Shown: positions 22,197-32,636, counted from the first letter of the stretch. The stretch is 64,000 nt of DNA from an uncultured beta proteobacterium (GCA_963734585.1 CAVTHJ010000003.1:156005-220004), one strand, 5' to 3'. Numbers and translations: made by a program. Notes: generated by a model from the sequence alone, not told the origin.

Positions 22197-23852
22197 CTAC
22201 GCCTTGAAACGACCGACTGCGGTCTGCAGCTCGCTCGCCAGTTTTTCCAGACGCACGATGTCCTGCGAGTTCGAATCCACGGCCGCATGATTCTCTTCCG
22301 ACATCTGCGCGATCTTTTCCACGTTGCGCGCGATCTCGGTGCTGGCCAGACTCTGTTCGCTGACCGAGGCCGCGATGTCGCTCACGCCGCTGCTGGATTT
22401 CGTCACCGCATCGCCCGCCTCCGTCAGCACGGCGGATACATGCTCTATGTGCTCCTGCGTCGCCTGCAAGGAACGCAGGCCGCCCTGTACCGTGGCTTCG
22501 ACATGCGACGATTTCTGGTTCAGCGAATTGGTGACCTGGTCGATCTCGCTGGCCGACTGCGCGGATTTCTCCGCCAGCTTGCGCACCTCGTCCGCCACCA
22601 CGGCAAAACCGCGTCCCTGTTCGCCGGCACGCGCCGCCTCGATGGCCGCATTCAGCGCCAGCAGGTTGGTCTGGTCGGCGATGTCCTTCACTTGCTGTGT
22701 CATGCCGGCGATGGCGCGGGTGCTGTCGACGAATTCCTGTGACCGACCCGGCGATCTGGTTCACCGCCTCCTGCACGCTGTTGTATCTCGCCGATCATCT
22801 CGGTCACGCTCTGGTTGCCGTTGCCGGGTCTGCTGCAGACTCTGCTCGGACAGCTTGCGCACCTCTTCGGTATTCGCCGCCACCGCATTGATGCTCACGG
22901 TGATCTCTTCCACGGCCGCGGCCGTGGAAGCGGCGGCCTCGCTCTGCACCTGCGAGCCCTGGGTGATCTGGGTCGAGGAGGCAGCCAGTTGCGTCGCCGT
23001 CGTGATCACCGTATCCGCGCTGGCATGCACCTGGCGTATGGTCTGGCGGAAACTGTCCATCAGCGAATTGAAGGCCTTCGCGGCCTGCGCCAGTTCGTCG
23101 GAACCATGCACCGGGACGGCACGCGTCAGGTCGCCGTCGGTCGCGGTGCGCGCCATGGCGTCGCTCATCTCGCCGGTGGAACGCACGATGCCGGCAATGA
23201 TGGAGTAGCCCAGACCGACACCGACACCCAACGCCAGCAGCATGCCGCACAGCATCAGCAACTCCATGTTGTGCGCGCTTGCTGTCGCCGCTTCCAGCGA
23301 GTGTTTGGCGGCTTCATCTTCATGGGCTGCGATCAGCCGTCCTTTTTCCAGCACCGCCGCATTCAAGGGATTGACCTTGGTCAGCAGCAGATGCTCCGCC
23401 TCGTTCCATTCCCCGGCCTTGATGGCCGCGATGGTCGGTTGCAACGCCTGACTCACGAATTCGTTGCGCGCATCGGCCAGCTCCTTGAGCGCCGCGTTGC
23501 CCGCCGCGCTGTGCGTGTCCCGGTCCAGGTCGGCGAAATATTCGTCCAGCTTGGCTTTGTTCGCCGCCATCTTGTCCAGATGTTTGACGGTCGGATGATC
23601 CAGTGACCTATAGGTGGTGGAATCGGGGTCGTGCTGCAATGCAGCCATGACCTCGGCACGCTGGTCGGCCAGGATATAGATGACGCGGTTGACGGTGCGG
23701 ATCAGATGGATGCGCCGCTCGGCGATGTCCTGCGTCGCGGACTGCAATTGCGAAATGGCGAAATAGCCCACGGCCTGATTGATCACGACGACCGCCATGA
23801 TGGCAGCCACCAACAGGATCAGGCGTGCTTTGATCGTCATGTTGCTCAGCAT
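22197..23852 (-). CDS. Methyl-accepting chemotaxis protein, four-helix-bundle sensor (frameshifts ~22740-22820)
   Basis: TM - helical periplasmic domain - TM - HAMP ([13 protein letters not shown]) - MCP hairpin. Confidence 0.9.
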
Positions 23853-23885
23853 CTCTCTCTCCTACCGCTCGTTGTTTTACTTTAT

Positions 23886-25528
23886 CTATACTTTGAAACG
23901 GGCCACGGCATTCTGCAGCTCGACACCCATGCGCTCCAGCTCGGCAATGTCGTGCGCCGTCTGTTCGATGGCCGCATGGTTCTTCTCGGCCATCCGGGCG
24001 ATATGCTCGATGTTGCGCGTGATCTCGTTGCTGGCTGCACCCTGCTCGCCCACCGACACGGCGATCTCGCCGACGCCGACATTCGATTCGCGCACCGCCG
24101 CGCCCGCTTCGTTCAGCACGCCGGACATCAGCTCGACATGCTTGTGCGTGGTCTGCAGGGACTGCACGCCGGATGCGATGGCCTGTTCGACACGCATGCG
24201 ATTTCTCGTCCAGCTTGCTGGTGACCTTGTCGATCTCGCTGGCCGACTGCGCGGATTTCTCCGCCAGCTTGCGCACCTCGTCCGCCACCACCGCAAAACC
24301 GCGCCCCTGCTCGCCGGCGCGCGCCGCCTCGATGGCCGCGTTCAGCGCCAGCAGGTTGGTCTGGTCGGCGATGTCTTTCACCTGCTGCGTCATGCTGGCG
24401 ATGGTGCGCGTGCTCTCGACGAACTCGTTGGCGGACAGCGCGATCTGCTGCACCGCGTTCTCTATGCTCTGTATCTCGTGCACCATCTCCGCCACGCTGC
24501 GGTTACCCTGCTCGGTCTGCTGCAGACTCTTCTCGGACAGACCGCGCACCACGTTGGTGTTGTCCGCCACCGAATTGATGCTGACGGTCACCGCCGCCAC
24601 CGCGCTCGCGGTGGAGGAAACCGCTTCGCTTTGCGCGCGCGAGCTGCCTGCCACTTCCGAAGAGGTGGTGGCGATGTGGCCGGATGGTCCTGTTGATCTT
24701 GTCCACGCCGCCCAACACTTGCCGGATGATGGCACTGAAACTTTCGATCAGCGCGTTGAACGCCACCGCCGTCTGTCCGACCTCGTCTTTGCTGCGCACC
24801 GCGACGCGGCGGGTCAGGTCGCCATCGGCTTGCATCGCCAGCATGATCTGCTGCAACTCGCGGGTCGGACGAGTCACCTGGTTGATGAGCCAGCCGATGA
24901 CGAAGAACAGCAGCACCTGCACCAGGATCTGGCCGAGCCACAGCATCGCGCTGGCTTTGTTCATCGCCTCGTATTCGGCCGTCATGTCCAGACTCACGCT
25001 CACCGCACCGATCACTGCACCGTCCTCCACCGTATGGCATTGCAGACAGTTGGTGCCGGTGCCGCGAAAATCCTTGGACGCGGCGAACGGTTCCACCACA
25101 CGCAGGATGCGCTTGCCGCCCTTGTCGGACAGCTCGCTCTGGCGCTGGCCGCTGTTCAATGCCGCGCGGTCCAGCTCGTCCTTGCTGCGCTCTTCCGGTT
25201 TGCTTTCGCCGAACTGGCTCTCCACCAGCCGGCCGCGGATGATGCGCAGCTCCTCCGCCTTGCTCGACACCGCCATCTTCCTGACGAACAGCCGCCGCTG
25301 TTCGGCATCGGAGATGGTGCCGTTCAACATCATCATGTTCAGGCCGTTGAAGACGCCGTCCGCCGGGATCGCCGCGCGGTTCTTCGCGTCTTCCAGCACG
25401 CGCATCTCGTAACGGTCGAAGGCCCAGCGTTGCGCGAGCACCATCACCACCAGCAATATCAGCTGGATAGGGATCTGCAACTTGTTCTTGATTGAAAGCC
25501 TGCTCCACCACTCATTCATTTGCTTCAC
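23886..25528 (-). CDS. Methyl-accepting chemotaxis protein with periplasmic heme-c motif (frameshifts ~24200, ~24685)
   Basis: TM, periplasmic domain with CLQCH (25034-25048), TM, HAMP, MCP hairpin. Confidence 0.9.
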
Positions 25529-25561
25529 CTTTGCCGCTTAGTGTTCCATCGCCGGCGGTCA

Positions 25562-27187
25562 TCAGACCTTGAAACGGCCGACGGTCTTGTTCAGGTTCTC
25601 CGCCAGTTCTTCCATCGATTTCACCGCGGTCACCGTGCGTTTCACCACCTCGTTGCTGCGGCTGGCCATCACGGCGATCTGGTCGATATTGCGCGTGATG
25701 TCCTGGCTGGCATCACGCTGCTTGTTGATGGAACCGGAGATGCTCTCCAGACCGACGTTCACGCTGTTCACCGAGGCATTCGCCTCCACCAGCACCGCCG
25801 TCACTTCGCGGATATGCCCCTGGCTGCCCTGCAGCGCGGACAGGCCGCGCTGCACGGTCTTCTCGACCTGCGCGGATTGCGTGCCCAGCGATTGCGTCAC
25901 TTCGTCGATCTGGGTCGCGGACTGCGCGGATTTTTCCGCCAGCTTGCGCACCTCGTCCGCCACCACGGCAAAGCCGCGTCCCTGCTCTCCCGCGCGCGCC
26001 GCTTCGATCGCCGCATTCAGCGCCAGCAGATTGGTCTGCTCGGCGATGTCGCGCACCTGCTGCGTCATGTTGGTGATGCTCTGCGTGTTGTTGACGAACT
26101 CGCCCACGGCTGTGGCGATCTCCTGCACCGAGCTTTCGACGCGCTCCAGCTCCTGCATCATTTCCTGCAGGCTTTGCTGGCCGCGGTTGGCGCGCTCCAG
26201 ACTGTCGTTGGAAAGCTTGGCCACCTGGTCGGTACCTTCGGCGACCTGTGCGATGCTGGCACTGACCTGCTCGACCGCCCGGGAAGTGGAAGCGGCGGTA
26301 TCGCTTTGCTGCTGGGCGCTTTGCGCGATCTGTGCGGCATCCTGCGCCAGCGAATGCGCCGCGCCGGCGACCTGATGCGCGTGCCCGTCCACCTGGGTGA
26401 CGATGACCTGGAAGCTGTTGGCCAGATCGTTGAAGGCTTTGGCGGTCTGCCCGATCTCGTCTTCGCTGCGCACCGCGACGCGTTTCGACAGATCGCCGTC
26501 CGCCTGCATCGTCTGCATGGCTTGCTGCAGCTCGCGCGTCGGGCGTGTGACAAAACTGATCAGCCAGCCGATGACGAAGTACAGCGCGATCTGCACCACG
26601 ATCTGCGCGCCCCACAGCGTCAGATTCGCCTGCCGCATCACCGCGAACTCCTCCGAGATGTCGACCGTGATGCTCGCGGCGCCGTTCACCGTCCCCTCCG
26701 GAACGGTATGGCACATCAGGCAGTTGGTGCCGCGGAAATCTTTTTTAGCAATCAAAGGCACGACCACGCGCAGCGCGTTCTTGCCGTCCTGATTCAGCAA
26801 TCTGGTCTGCTCCTTGGCGGACGACATGGCCAGGCGATCGATGTCATCCTTCGCCTGCTCGGACGGCATGCCGGGACCGAACTGCTCCTGCACCGGCTTG
26901 TTGCGCACCACACGCAACTCCAGCACGCGGTCGGATGCACCCATCTTGTCCACGTACAGCTTGCGCTGCTCCTCGTTGCTGATGATGCCGTTCAGCATCA
27001 GCATGTTGAGCCCGTTCAGCACGCCGTCGGCGGAGACCACGGCTTTCTGACGCGCCTCTTCCAGCACGCGCTCCTCGAATTTGTTCAGTGCCGTGCGTTG
27101 CGCCATGACCATGATGACCAGCAGAATGAGCTGGATCGGTATCTGCAACTTGTTCTTCAGCGAAAGCCTGCTCCACCAATTATTCAT
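25562..27187 (-). CDS. Methyl-accepting chemotaxis protein with periplasmic heme-c motif
   Basis: Intact 541 aa; CLMCH at 26708-26722 between two TM helices; HAMP; MCP hairpin. Confidence 0.94.
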   Translation of the reverse strand: MNNWWSRLSLKNKLQIPIQLILLVIMVMAQRTALNKFEERVLEEARQKAVVSADGVLNGLNMLMLNGIISNEEQRKLYVDKMGASDRVLELRVVRNKPVQEQFGPGMPSEQAKDDIDRLAMSSAKEQTRLLNQDGKNALRVVVPLIAKKDFRGTNCLMCHTVPEGTVNGAASITVDISEEFAVMRQANLTLWGAQIVVQIALYFVIGWLISFVTRPTRELQQAMQTMQADGDLSKRVAVRSEDEIGQTAKAFNDLANSFQVIVTQVDGHAHQVAGAAHSLAQDAAQIAQSAQQQSDTAASTSRAVEQVSASIAQVAEGTDQVAKLSNDSLERANRGQQSLQEMMQELERVESSVQEIATAVGEFVNNTQSITNMTQQVRDIAEQTNLLALNAAIEAARAGEQGRGFAVVADEVRKLAEKSAQSATQIDEVTQSLGTQSAQVEKTVQRGLSALQGSQGHIREVTAVLVEANASVNSVNVGLESISGSINKQRDASQDITRNIDQIAVMASRSNEVVKRTVTAVKSMEELAENLNKTVGRFKV

Positions 27188-27261
27188 TTCCCATCCTCCG
27201 CAGCGCGGCGCAGATCTCGCTGCGCATCCGTCCTGTTATTTGTATAACGACCCTGTGTTCC

Positions 27262-27288
27262 ATAGCGGCAGCAGGCAGGTATTCTTTA
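27262..27288 (-). promoter_or_regulatory. Sigma28 promoter for the MCP/che genes
   Basis: TAAAGAAT-N11-GCCGCTAT; the -35 overlaps the motB stop codon. Confidence 0.75.
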
Positions 27289-28302
27289 ATGCGCCGCAGG
27301 CGGCACAATCGTTTCCGGCTGCGCTGCCGCTGCCGGAACGGGATCCGTCATACCGACTGCGGACGCCGCGTCAGGTTGCAATACCTCTTTGGGATCTCCA
27401 GTCTCGGCATCGATATCCACGCTGCCGCCGTCCTGCGTGGCGGCCTCCTCGGCGCGCTTGTTCATCACGATGATGCTGATGCGGCGATTGATCGGATTTA
27501 GCGGCTGCGCCTTGTCGAACAGCACCGCCGATGACAGACCGACCACGCGCACGATCTTCTCCTCCGCCAGGCCGCCGCCGATCAGTTCGCGGCGCGAGGC
27601 ATTGGCGCGGTCCGCCGACAGCTCCCAGTTGCTGTAATGCCGGTCCGCGGTGACGTAAGGCTGCGCATCGGTATGCCCGGACAGGCTGACCTTGTTCGGC
27701 ATCTCGTTCAGCATCTTGCCGATCTCGCGCAGGATATCTTTGGTGTAGGGCTCCAGATCGGCACTGCCGCTCTGGAACATGGGGCGGTTCTTTTCGTCCA
27801 CGATCTGCACGCGCAGCCCCTCGGTCGTCAGGTCGAGCAGGATCTGGTTCTTGAATTTCTTCAGCTTGGCATCGCCCTCGATCACCTTTTCGATGTTGGC
27901 TTTCAGTTCCTTGAGCTTCTCCAGTTCCTTGATGCGCTCCAGGCGCAGAAACTCCTCCCGCGCGGCCTTGAGATTGATGACCTTTTTCTCCTGCGGCAGC
28001 TCGCCCGACTTCACCTGCCCCTCGCTGCGCGTCAGGTCCTGCCCGCCGCCCTTGATGATGCTGGAACTGTCGCCGCTACCGGTGCCGCCCATCAGCGCGA
28101 CCTTGAGCGGCGTCTTGAAATATTCGGAGATGCCGTTGAGATCGCCTTTTGAGGTCGAACCCAGCAGCCACATCAGCAGGAAGAAAGCCATCATCGCCGT
28201 CACGAAGTCGGCATAGGCGATCTTCCACGCGCCGCCGTGATGGCCGCCCGCCACCTTCTTGATGCGCTTGATGACTATGGGTCTTTTATCTTCGCTCGCC
28301 AT
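27286..28302 (-). CDS. motB: Flagellar stator protein MotB
   Basis: HHGGAWKIAYADFVTAMMAFFLLMWL; LSGHTDA; SNWELSADRANASRREL. Confidence 0.96.
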   Translation of the reverse strand: MASEDKRPIVIKRIKKVAGGHHGGAWKIAYADFVTAMMAFFLLMWLLGSTSKGDLNGISEYFKTPLKVALMGGTGSGDSSSIIKGGGQDLTRSEGQVKSGELPQEKKVINLKAAREEFLRLERIKELEKLKELKANIEKVIEGDAKLKKFKNQILLDLTTEGLRVQIVDEKNRPMFQSGSADLEPYTKDILREIGKMLNEMPNKVSLSGHTDAQPYVTADRHYSNWELSADRANASRRELIGGGLAEEKIVRVVGLSSAVLFDKAQPLNPINRRISIIVMNKRAEEAATQDGGSVDIDAETGDPKEVLQPDAASAVGMTDPVPAAAAQPETIVPPAAH

Positions 28303-28335
28303 GATCGGTTCTATCGACTGTATTGTCCGCGGCGG

Positions 28336-29190
28336 CTAGCGCTTTTGTTTGACGTGCTCTTCCAGCTCGGCGAAGCCAGGACGTTCGGTCGAATTCAGCA
28401 CCTTGCGCCCGAACTCCACCGCCATCGCCGGCGCGTAGCCGTTGAGGTTGGCCAGCAGGACGACCTTGATCGCCTGCAACATCTTGCTGCCCTCTTCGGC
28501 CTTTTGCTCCAGCAGGCTGGCCAGCGGGCCGACGAAGCCATACGCGAGCAGGATGCCGAGGAAGGTTCCCACCAGCGCGTGCGCGATCAGCATGCCAAGC
28601 TCGGCAGGCGGGATGCCCACCGACTCCATGGTGTGCACCACGCCCATCACCGCTGCGACGATACCGAACGCCGGCATGCCGTCGCCCAATTTGGCGATGA
28701 CATGCGACGACACCAGCGCCTCGTGGTGATGCGTCTCGATCTCCACATCCATCAGGTTCTCGATCTCCATCGCATTGAGGTTGCCGCTGACCATGATGCG
28801 CAGGTAATCGGTCATGAATTCGATCGCATGATGATCGGCCAGTATCTTGGGATACTTGGCGAACACGGGGCTCTCATGCGGATTCTCGACGTCGCCCTCG
28901 ATGGACATCAGACCTTCCTTGCGCACCTTGCCGAGCAGCTCATACATCAGCGCCATCAGCTCCATGTAGGTCTCTTTGCTGTACTTGGCGCCTTTCAATA
29001 CCGTGGGCAGATCCTTGAACGTGGCCTTGACCGCCTTCATGTTGTTGCCCACAAAGAAGGCACCCAGCGCACCGCCGCCGATCATCAGCAGTTCCAGCGG
29101 CTGGAACAGCGCGCCCAGGTGCCCGCCAGCCAGCGCGAAACCGCCGAACACGGAGCCCAGAACCACGATATACCCAACGATCACCAGCAT
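28336..29190 (-). CDS. motA: Flagellar stator protein MotA
   Basis: FQPLELLMIGG, RKEGLMSIE, MPAFGIVAAVMGVV, ALVGTFLGILLAYG, AVEFGRK. Confidence 0.96.
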   Translation of the reverse strand: MLVIVGYIVVLGSVFGGFALAGGHLGALFQPLELLMIGGGALGAFFVGNNMKAVKATFKDLPTVLKGAKYSKETYMELMALMYELLGKVRKEGLMSIEGDVENPHESPVFAKYPKILADHHAIEFMTDYLRIMVSGNLNAMEIENLMDVEIETHHHEALVSSHVIAKLGDGMPAFGIVAAVMGVVHTMESVGIPPAELGMLIAHALVGTFLGILLAYGFVGPLASLLEQKAEEGSKMLQAIKVVLLANLNGYAPAMAVEFGRKVLNSTERPGFAELEEHVKQKR

Positions 29191-29227
29191 GATTACGCTC
29201 TCCTGAAACAATACTCGTCTAAGTTAC

Positions 29228-29326
29228 GACGACATCGTAGCTGTCTGGCGCCTTGCCCATCCGGGGAACAAGGCGCGAATTCACGGGCATTTCCGCTTTT
29301 AGGACTTCAGACGCAACGACGCCGCC
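29228..29326 (-). other. Candidate structured RNA in the motA 5' leader
   Basis: Outer stem GGCGGCGUCGU/ACGAUGUCGUC plus GUCUG/CAGAC, enclosing hairpin GCGCCUUGUUC/GGGCAAGGCGC; multiple G-U pairs on the transcribed strand. Confidence 0.4.
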
Positions 29327-29349
29327 ACTGCTGATACTTCTCGTCAGTA

Positions 29350-29376
29350 GTAGCGGCGCCAGTTGTAAAAACTTTA
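29350..29376 (-). promoter_or_regulatory. Sigma28 promoter of motAB
   Basis: TAAAGTTT-N11-GCCGCTAC; the -35 overlaps the flhC stop. Confidence 0.8.
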
Positions 29377-29916
29377 GACGGCCACAGCTTCGGCCTGTGC
29401 GGCCTTTTTCGTTTTCCCCGCGCGCGAGGGCGGGCGACAGATACCGCAGTTATATTCCGCGCACAGTTCGTTGCTGTGCACCACAAAATGTCCGCCGCAT
29501 TCCTTGCAACCCGTTAATTGCAGCATCTTCGCATCGAAGAAGCGGATCAGGAACCAGGCGCGCGTGATGCTCAGCGTCGGCTCGCCCGCAGTCACCGCAA
29601 CCTGCTCCAGGTACAGACGGTAACTCTTGATCAGAGCCTCGACGCCGGTCACGCTGGTGTTCTGCAACAGGTACTGATGGATACCCATGAACAGGGAGGA
29701 ATGGATATTGGGCAGCCAGCTCATGAACCAATCGGTCGAGTACGGCAGCATGCCCTTGGAAGGCGATTCGCCCTTGACCTCTTTGTACAGGCGCAGCAGG
29801 CGTTCACGGCTCAGGCTGGTCTCTTCCTGCAGCAGCTGCAGGCGCGCGCCCAATTCGATGAGATCGACCGCGATCTGTATCTCGCGCGCTTCGTTCACTA
29901 CGCTCTTGTTACGCAT
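29374..29916 (-). CDS. flhC: Flagellar master regulator FlhC
   Basis: LIELGARLQLL..ET.LSRERL.RLYKE, KGMLPYSTDWF, Zn-binding CKEC...CGIC, PPSRAGK. Confidence 0.96.
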   Translation of the reverse strand: MRNKSVVNEAREIQIAVDLIELGARLQLLQEETSLSRERLLRLYKEVKGESPSKGMLPYSTDWFMSWLPNIHSSLFMGIHQYLLQNTSVTGVEALIKSYRLYLEQVAVTAGEPTLSITRAWFLIRFFDAKMLQLTGCKECGGHFVVHSNELCAEYNCGICRPPSRAGKTKKAAQAEAVAV

Positions 29917-29931
29917 GATGGGCCTGCCCGC

Positions 29932-30252
29932 TCAGATCGCCAGCGCTTCGGCGGGTTGTCCGGCCATCAGGATGGCGGCATGTGCCTGCGACATCATCCT
30001 GTCCTTGTTGTAATCGGTGACCATGTTGAGCAACAGGCGCTCGTCGAAGCGGAAGCGGCACAGCAGCATGTTCGATGCGGCCATCTTGAGCATCTGCGCC
30101 GGAGACAGACCGACGATCAGTTCGGCCAGCTCTTCGCTCACGCCCAGGCGGAAGATCGCGCTTGGCTTGTCGTCGCGTATCATCTGCTGTGCCAGCAACA
30201 TATAGGAAAGATTGGCTTCCTTGATCTCTTCATGCATTTGCTTCGTATTCAT
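29932..30252 (-). CDS. flhD: Flagellar master regulator FlhD
   Basis: EANLSYMLLAQQMI..D...AIFRLG, LLCRFRFD, HAAILM. Confidence 0.96.
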   Translation of the reverse strand: MNTKQMHEEIKEANLSYMLLAQQMIRDDKPSAIFRLGVSEELAELIVGLSPAQMLKMAASNMLLCRFRFDERLLLNMVTDYNKDRMMSQAHAAILMAGQPAEALAI

Positions 30253-30462
30253 CGCGGTCCCCTTGCTTGGAAAATGTAACGTCTGTTTACGACGGTTGCA
30301 TTCTGCGAGTGAACGCGCGAGGAAAAAATCGGACGTCTTCCGATTGTCGCGTAGGAAGATGGCTTACAAACAAGTGAGCTGCCCCTGTCGGCTAGGGCCA
30401 ATATGGGCGGCTCAGATCACCCCCACCAGCAGCATAGGGACGTGGTCATGCATACAGATGAT

Positions 30463-30489
30463 TTATCGGCAGCGACTTAGAAAACTTTA
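30463..30489 (-). promoter_or_regulatory. Consensus sigma28 promoter ~210 bp upstream of flhD
   Basis: TAAAGTTT-N11-GCCGATAA exact consensus, overlapping the tfpZ 3' end. Confidence 0.8.
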
Positions 30490-31256
30490 GGGTGTTTCAT
30501 TGCCAAGTCGGGCCTGATATCGAGGATGTCGAGCAGGTCGCCGTTGCGGGCATCAATCAGTGCCGTTAACGACTCGCGTTTCGCCATTACCGGTAAGCAG
30601 CGCAGTTCTTCTGCCTTGCGGCCTGAGCGCTGCAAGTATATCCCCAGACGTTCCATGTCGACCGGACGTAGATCCAGTTCGGCAAGCGGAAGACTTGCCT
30701 TGAGGACTTGCGCGCGTTTTTCGGCATAGGGCACGTAATATTTGGGTAGCTGCTCGATGTCAAACCCTGCCAGGTTGCTGAGGAAAATGTTTGAAAGTTC
30801 GTCGCTCGGCGCATTGACGGCAACGATACGAGGACCGGTCAGGCTGAAATGCCGGAATTCCTCGAAACGAGCTTTCGCCAGTTCGGTCTGATCGATATCG
30901 GCTGCCGATACCACCGCCAATTGATGTTCAGTGAACACGGTGAATACCGGCCTGGCGGAATGCATTGCCAGCACGCCATAGCCTAGCGCCCCAAGTTGCA
31001 GTGCAGCCACGATAGCCAGGTCGAGCACCAACTCTTTTTTCCGGGTATCGAAAATGATGAGCGTGATCAGCGGCCCGATGGCGACATCCACACCGATGAT
31101 CAGGGTCGCAAGCTGCCCGCCGCCCATGGCCGCAAAAAGGGGAGGCGGATACCATAAGACGAGCATGGTCGATAACACCAGTGCGCCAATGCAGGCGCTG
31201 ATCGCCAGATGAGTTAGAGCCGCTTTGTAACGTGAAATGTTTTTCAGCTCGATCAT
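30477..31256 (-). CDS. tfpZ: Type IV pilin accessory protein (TfpZ/FimB-like)
   Basis: RYKAALTHLAIS, WYPPPLF, GVDVAIGPLITLIIF...KKEL..DL, ARPVF; immediately downstream of pilA. Confidence 0.8.
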   Translation of the reverse strand: MIELKNISRYKAALTHLAISACIGALVLSTMLVLWYPPPLFAAMGGGQLATLIIGVDVAIGPLITLIIFDTRKKELVLDLAIVAALQLGALGYGVLAMHSARPVFTVFTEHQLAVVSAADIDQTELAKARFEEFRHFSLTGPRIVAVNAPSDELSNIFLSNLAGFDIEQLPKYYVPYAEKRAQVLKASLPLAELDLRPVDMERLGIYLQRSGRKAEELRCLPVMAKRESLTALIDARNGDLLDILDIRPDLAMKHPKVF

Positions 31257-31316
31257 TAAGTGCCCTCCAGAATTAGTCCAGCAGTGCCGACGGTGAGTTG
31301 GCACGCTACCCAAGTC

Positions 31317-31775
31317 TTATGGGCAACCACCTTGACCTGACTTCAGTCCGCGTTGTGCGTCACAAATCGAGCCGCCCGCGGTCCACGTTATATTGGCCGC
31401 ACCGACCATCTGTGCGGCAGTTGGCGGAGTCAGCGTGTAGGTCAATGCAACACCAGCAGTGGTAGTGGCACCCGTCGTTGCTGAAATCACCCCAGTAGCC
31501 GGGTCAATCGTAGGGGCCACTGTAATGAACTTTGATGTTGTCACGGTTGGGATGGTACCTGCCCCCATAGTCGTGCAGTTAGTGAACGCACCTTCTACCT
31601 GATAGCATTCAGAAATGGCGGTTTTCAGACTATTCAATTCCGTAGCCGCACCAGAGGCACGTGCGCGGGACGTATAGTCAGAGTACTGCGGTATCGCTAT
31701 CGCAGCCAGAATGCCGATGATCGCCACCACGATCATCAGCTCAATCAGGGTGAAACCTAGTTGAACTTGTTTCAT
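31317..31775 (-). CDS. pilA: Type IVa major pilin, copy 2
   Basis: Class III signal G|[24 protein letters not shown]; 4 Cys. Confidence 0.93.
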   Translation of the reverse strand: MKQVQLGFTLIELMIVVAIIGILAAIAIPQYSDYTSRARASGAATELNSLKTAISECYQVEGAFTNCTTMGAGTIPTVTTSKFITVAPTIDPATGVISATTGATTTAGVALTYTLTPPTAAQMVGAANITWTAGGSICDAQRGLKSGQGGCP

Positions 31776-31988
31776 CTTTTTACTCCTCGCAAAGATTTGC
31801 TACTCCTCGTTCAAAGGCGAAGAGAAACCGCCCTGCCAAAGATGCCCTTCACCTCGCACACGGTTGATGCGCTCAGCACAGTGAAGCGGCCTTAGCACCC
31901 GGCGCCCCACCCAAATTCCCTGCAGGTCTGCATATACTGCTCTGGATAAGGGTAGCTCCACTTTAATTCCTTTTTCTTTCTGCGAAAG

Positions 31989-32021
31989 AAAAGCCCCACC
32001 CCTTTAGGAGGGCGGGGCTTT
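31989..32021 (-). terminator. Rho-independent terminator after the first pilA
   Basis: Minus strand AAAGCCCCGCCCTCCTAAAGGGGTGGGGCTTTT followed by CTTT. Confidence 0.75.
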
Positions 32022-32086
32022 ATGCTGCAAATTGAACATCTAACGGGGTTGCTGATTGTTAATAAACCGGCTACCCCGCGTTCATA

Positions 32087-32551
32087 TTAGCAACCGCCTT
32101 GACCTGGCTTCAGGCCGCGTTTCGGGTCACAAATCGTACTACCGGCACCGGAAGCGGTCCAAACCATATTAGCTGCACCGACCATCTGTGCGGCAGTTGG
32201 CGGAGTCAGAATATAAACCAACGGAACACCAGCAGTAGTAGTAGCACCAGTCGTAGCCGTAATCACACCGGTGGCTACGTCAATCGTAGGGGCCACTGTA
32301 ATGAACTTCGATGTCCCCACGGTTGGGATATTGCCAACGCCCTGAACTGTACAGTTGGTCCAAGCACCCTCCACTTGGAAGCACTCCGACATTGCAGTTT
32401 TCAGGGAGTTCAATTCCTGTGCAGCACCGGCGGCACGTGCGCGGGACGTGTAATCAGAATACTGCGGGATCGCGATCGCAGCCAGAATACCGATGATCGC
32501 AACCACGATCATCAGCTCGATCAGGGTAAAACCTTGTTGAACTTGTTTCAT
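32087..32551 (-). CDS. pilA: Type IVa major pilin, copy 1
   Basis: MKQVQQG|[24 protein letters not shown]; RBS GAGGAG; sigma54 promoter upstream. Confidence 0.95.
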   Translation of the reverse strand: MKQVQQGFTLIELMIVVAIIGILAAIAIPQYSDYTSRARAAGAAQELNSLKTAMSECFQVEGAWTNCTVQGVGNIPTVGTSKFITVAPTIDVATGVITATTGATTTAGVPLVYILTPPTAAQMVGAANMVWTASGAGSTICDPKRGLKPGQGGC

Positions 32552-32619
32552 GTTTATACTCCTCAGAAGATTGGAAGGTTGCCCTTGCGGGCCACACACG
32601 AGGTGTGTACCGAGATAGT

Positions 32620-32636
32620 AGCAGAAGCCGTGCCAG
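32620..32636 (-). promoter_or_regulatory. Sigma54 (-24/-12) promoter of pilA
   Basis: CTGGCACGGCTTCTGCT (GG-N10-GC), ~70 bp upstream of pilA; pilA genes are typically RpoN/PilR-driven. Confidence 0.85.

Noticed and set aside
31989-32021. Hairpin resembling IS200/IS605-type end (AAGCCCC...TTTAGG...GGGG)
   Set aside because: No tnpA/tnpB or second end; position and U-tract fit a plain pilA terminator.
31317-32551. Pilins as conductive e-pili, given the nearby multiheme cytochromes
   Set aside because: Full-length ~150-aa pilins with few aromatic residues and long aromatic-free Thr/Ala/Gly stretches; unlike the short aromatic-dense Geobacter type.
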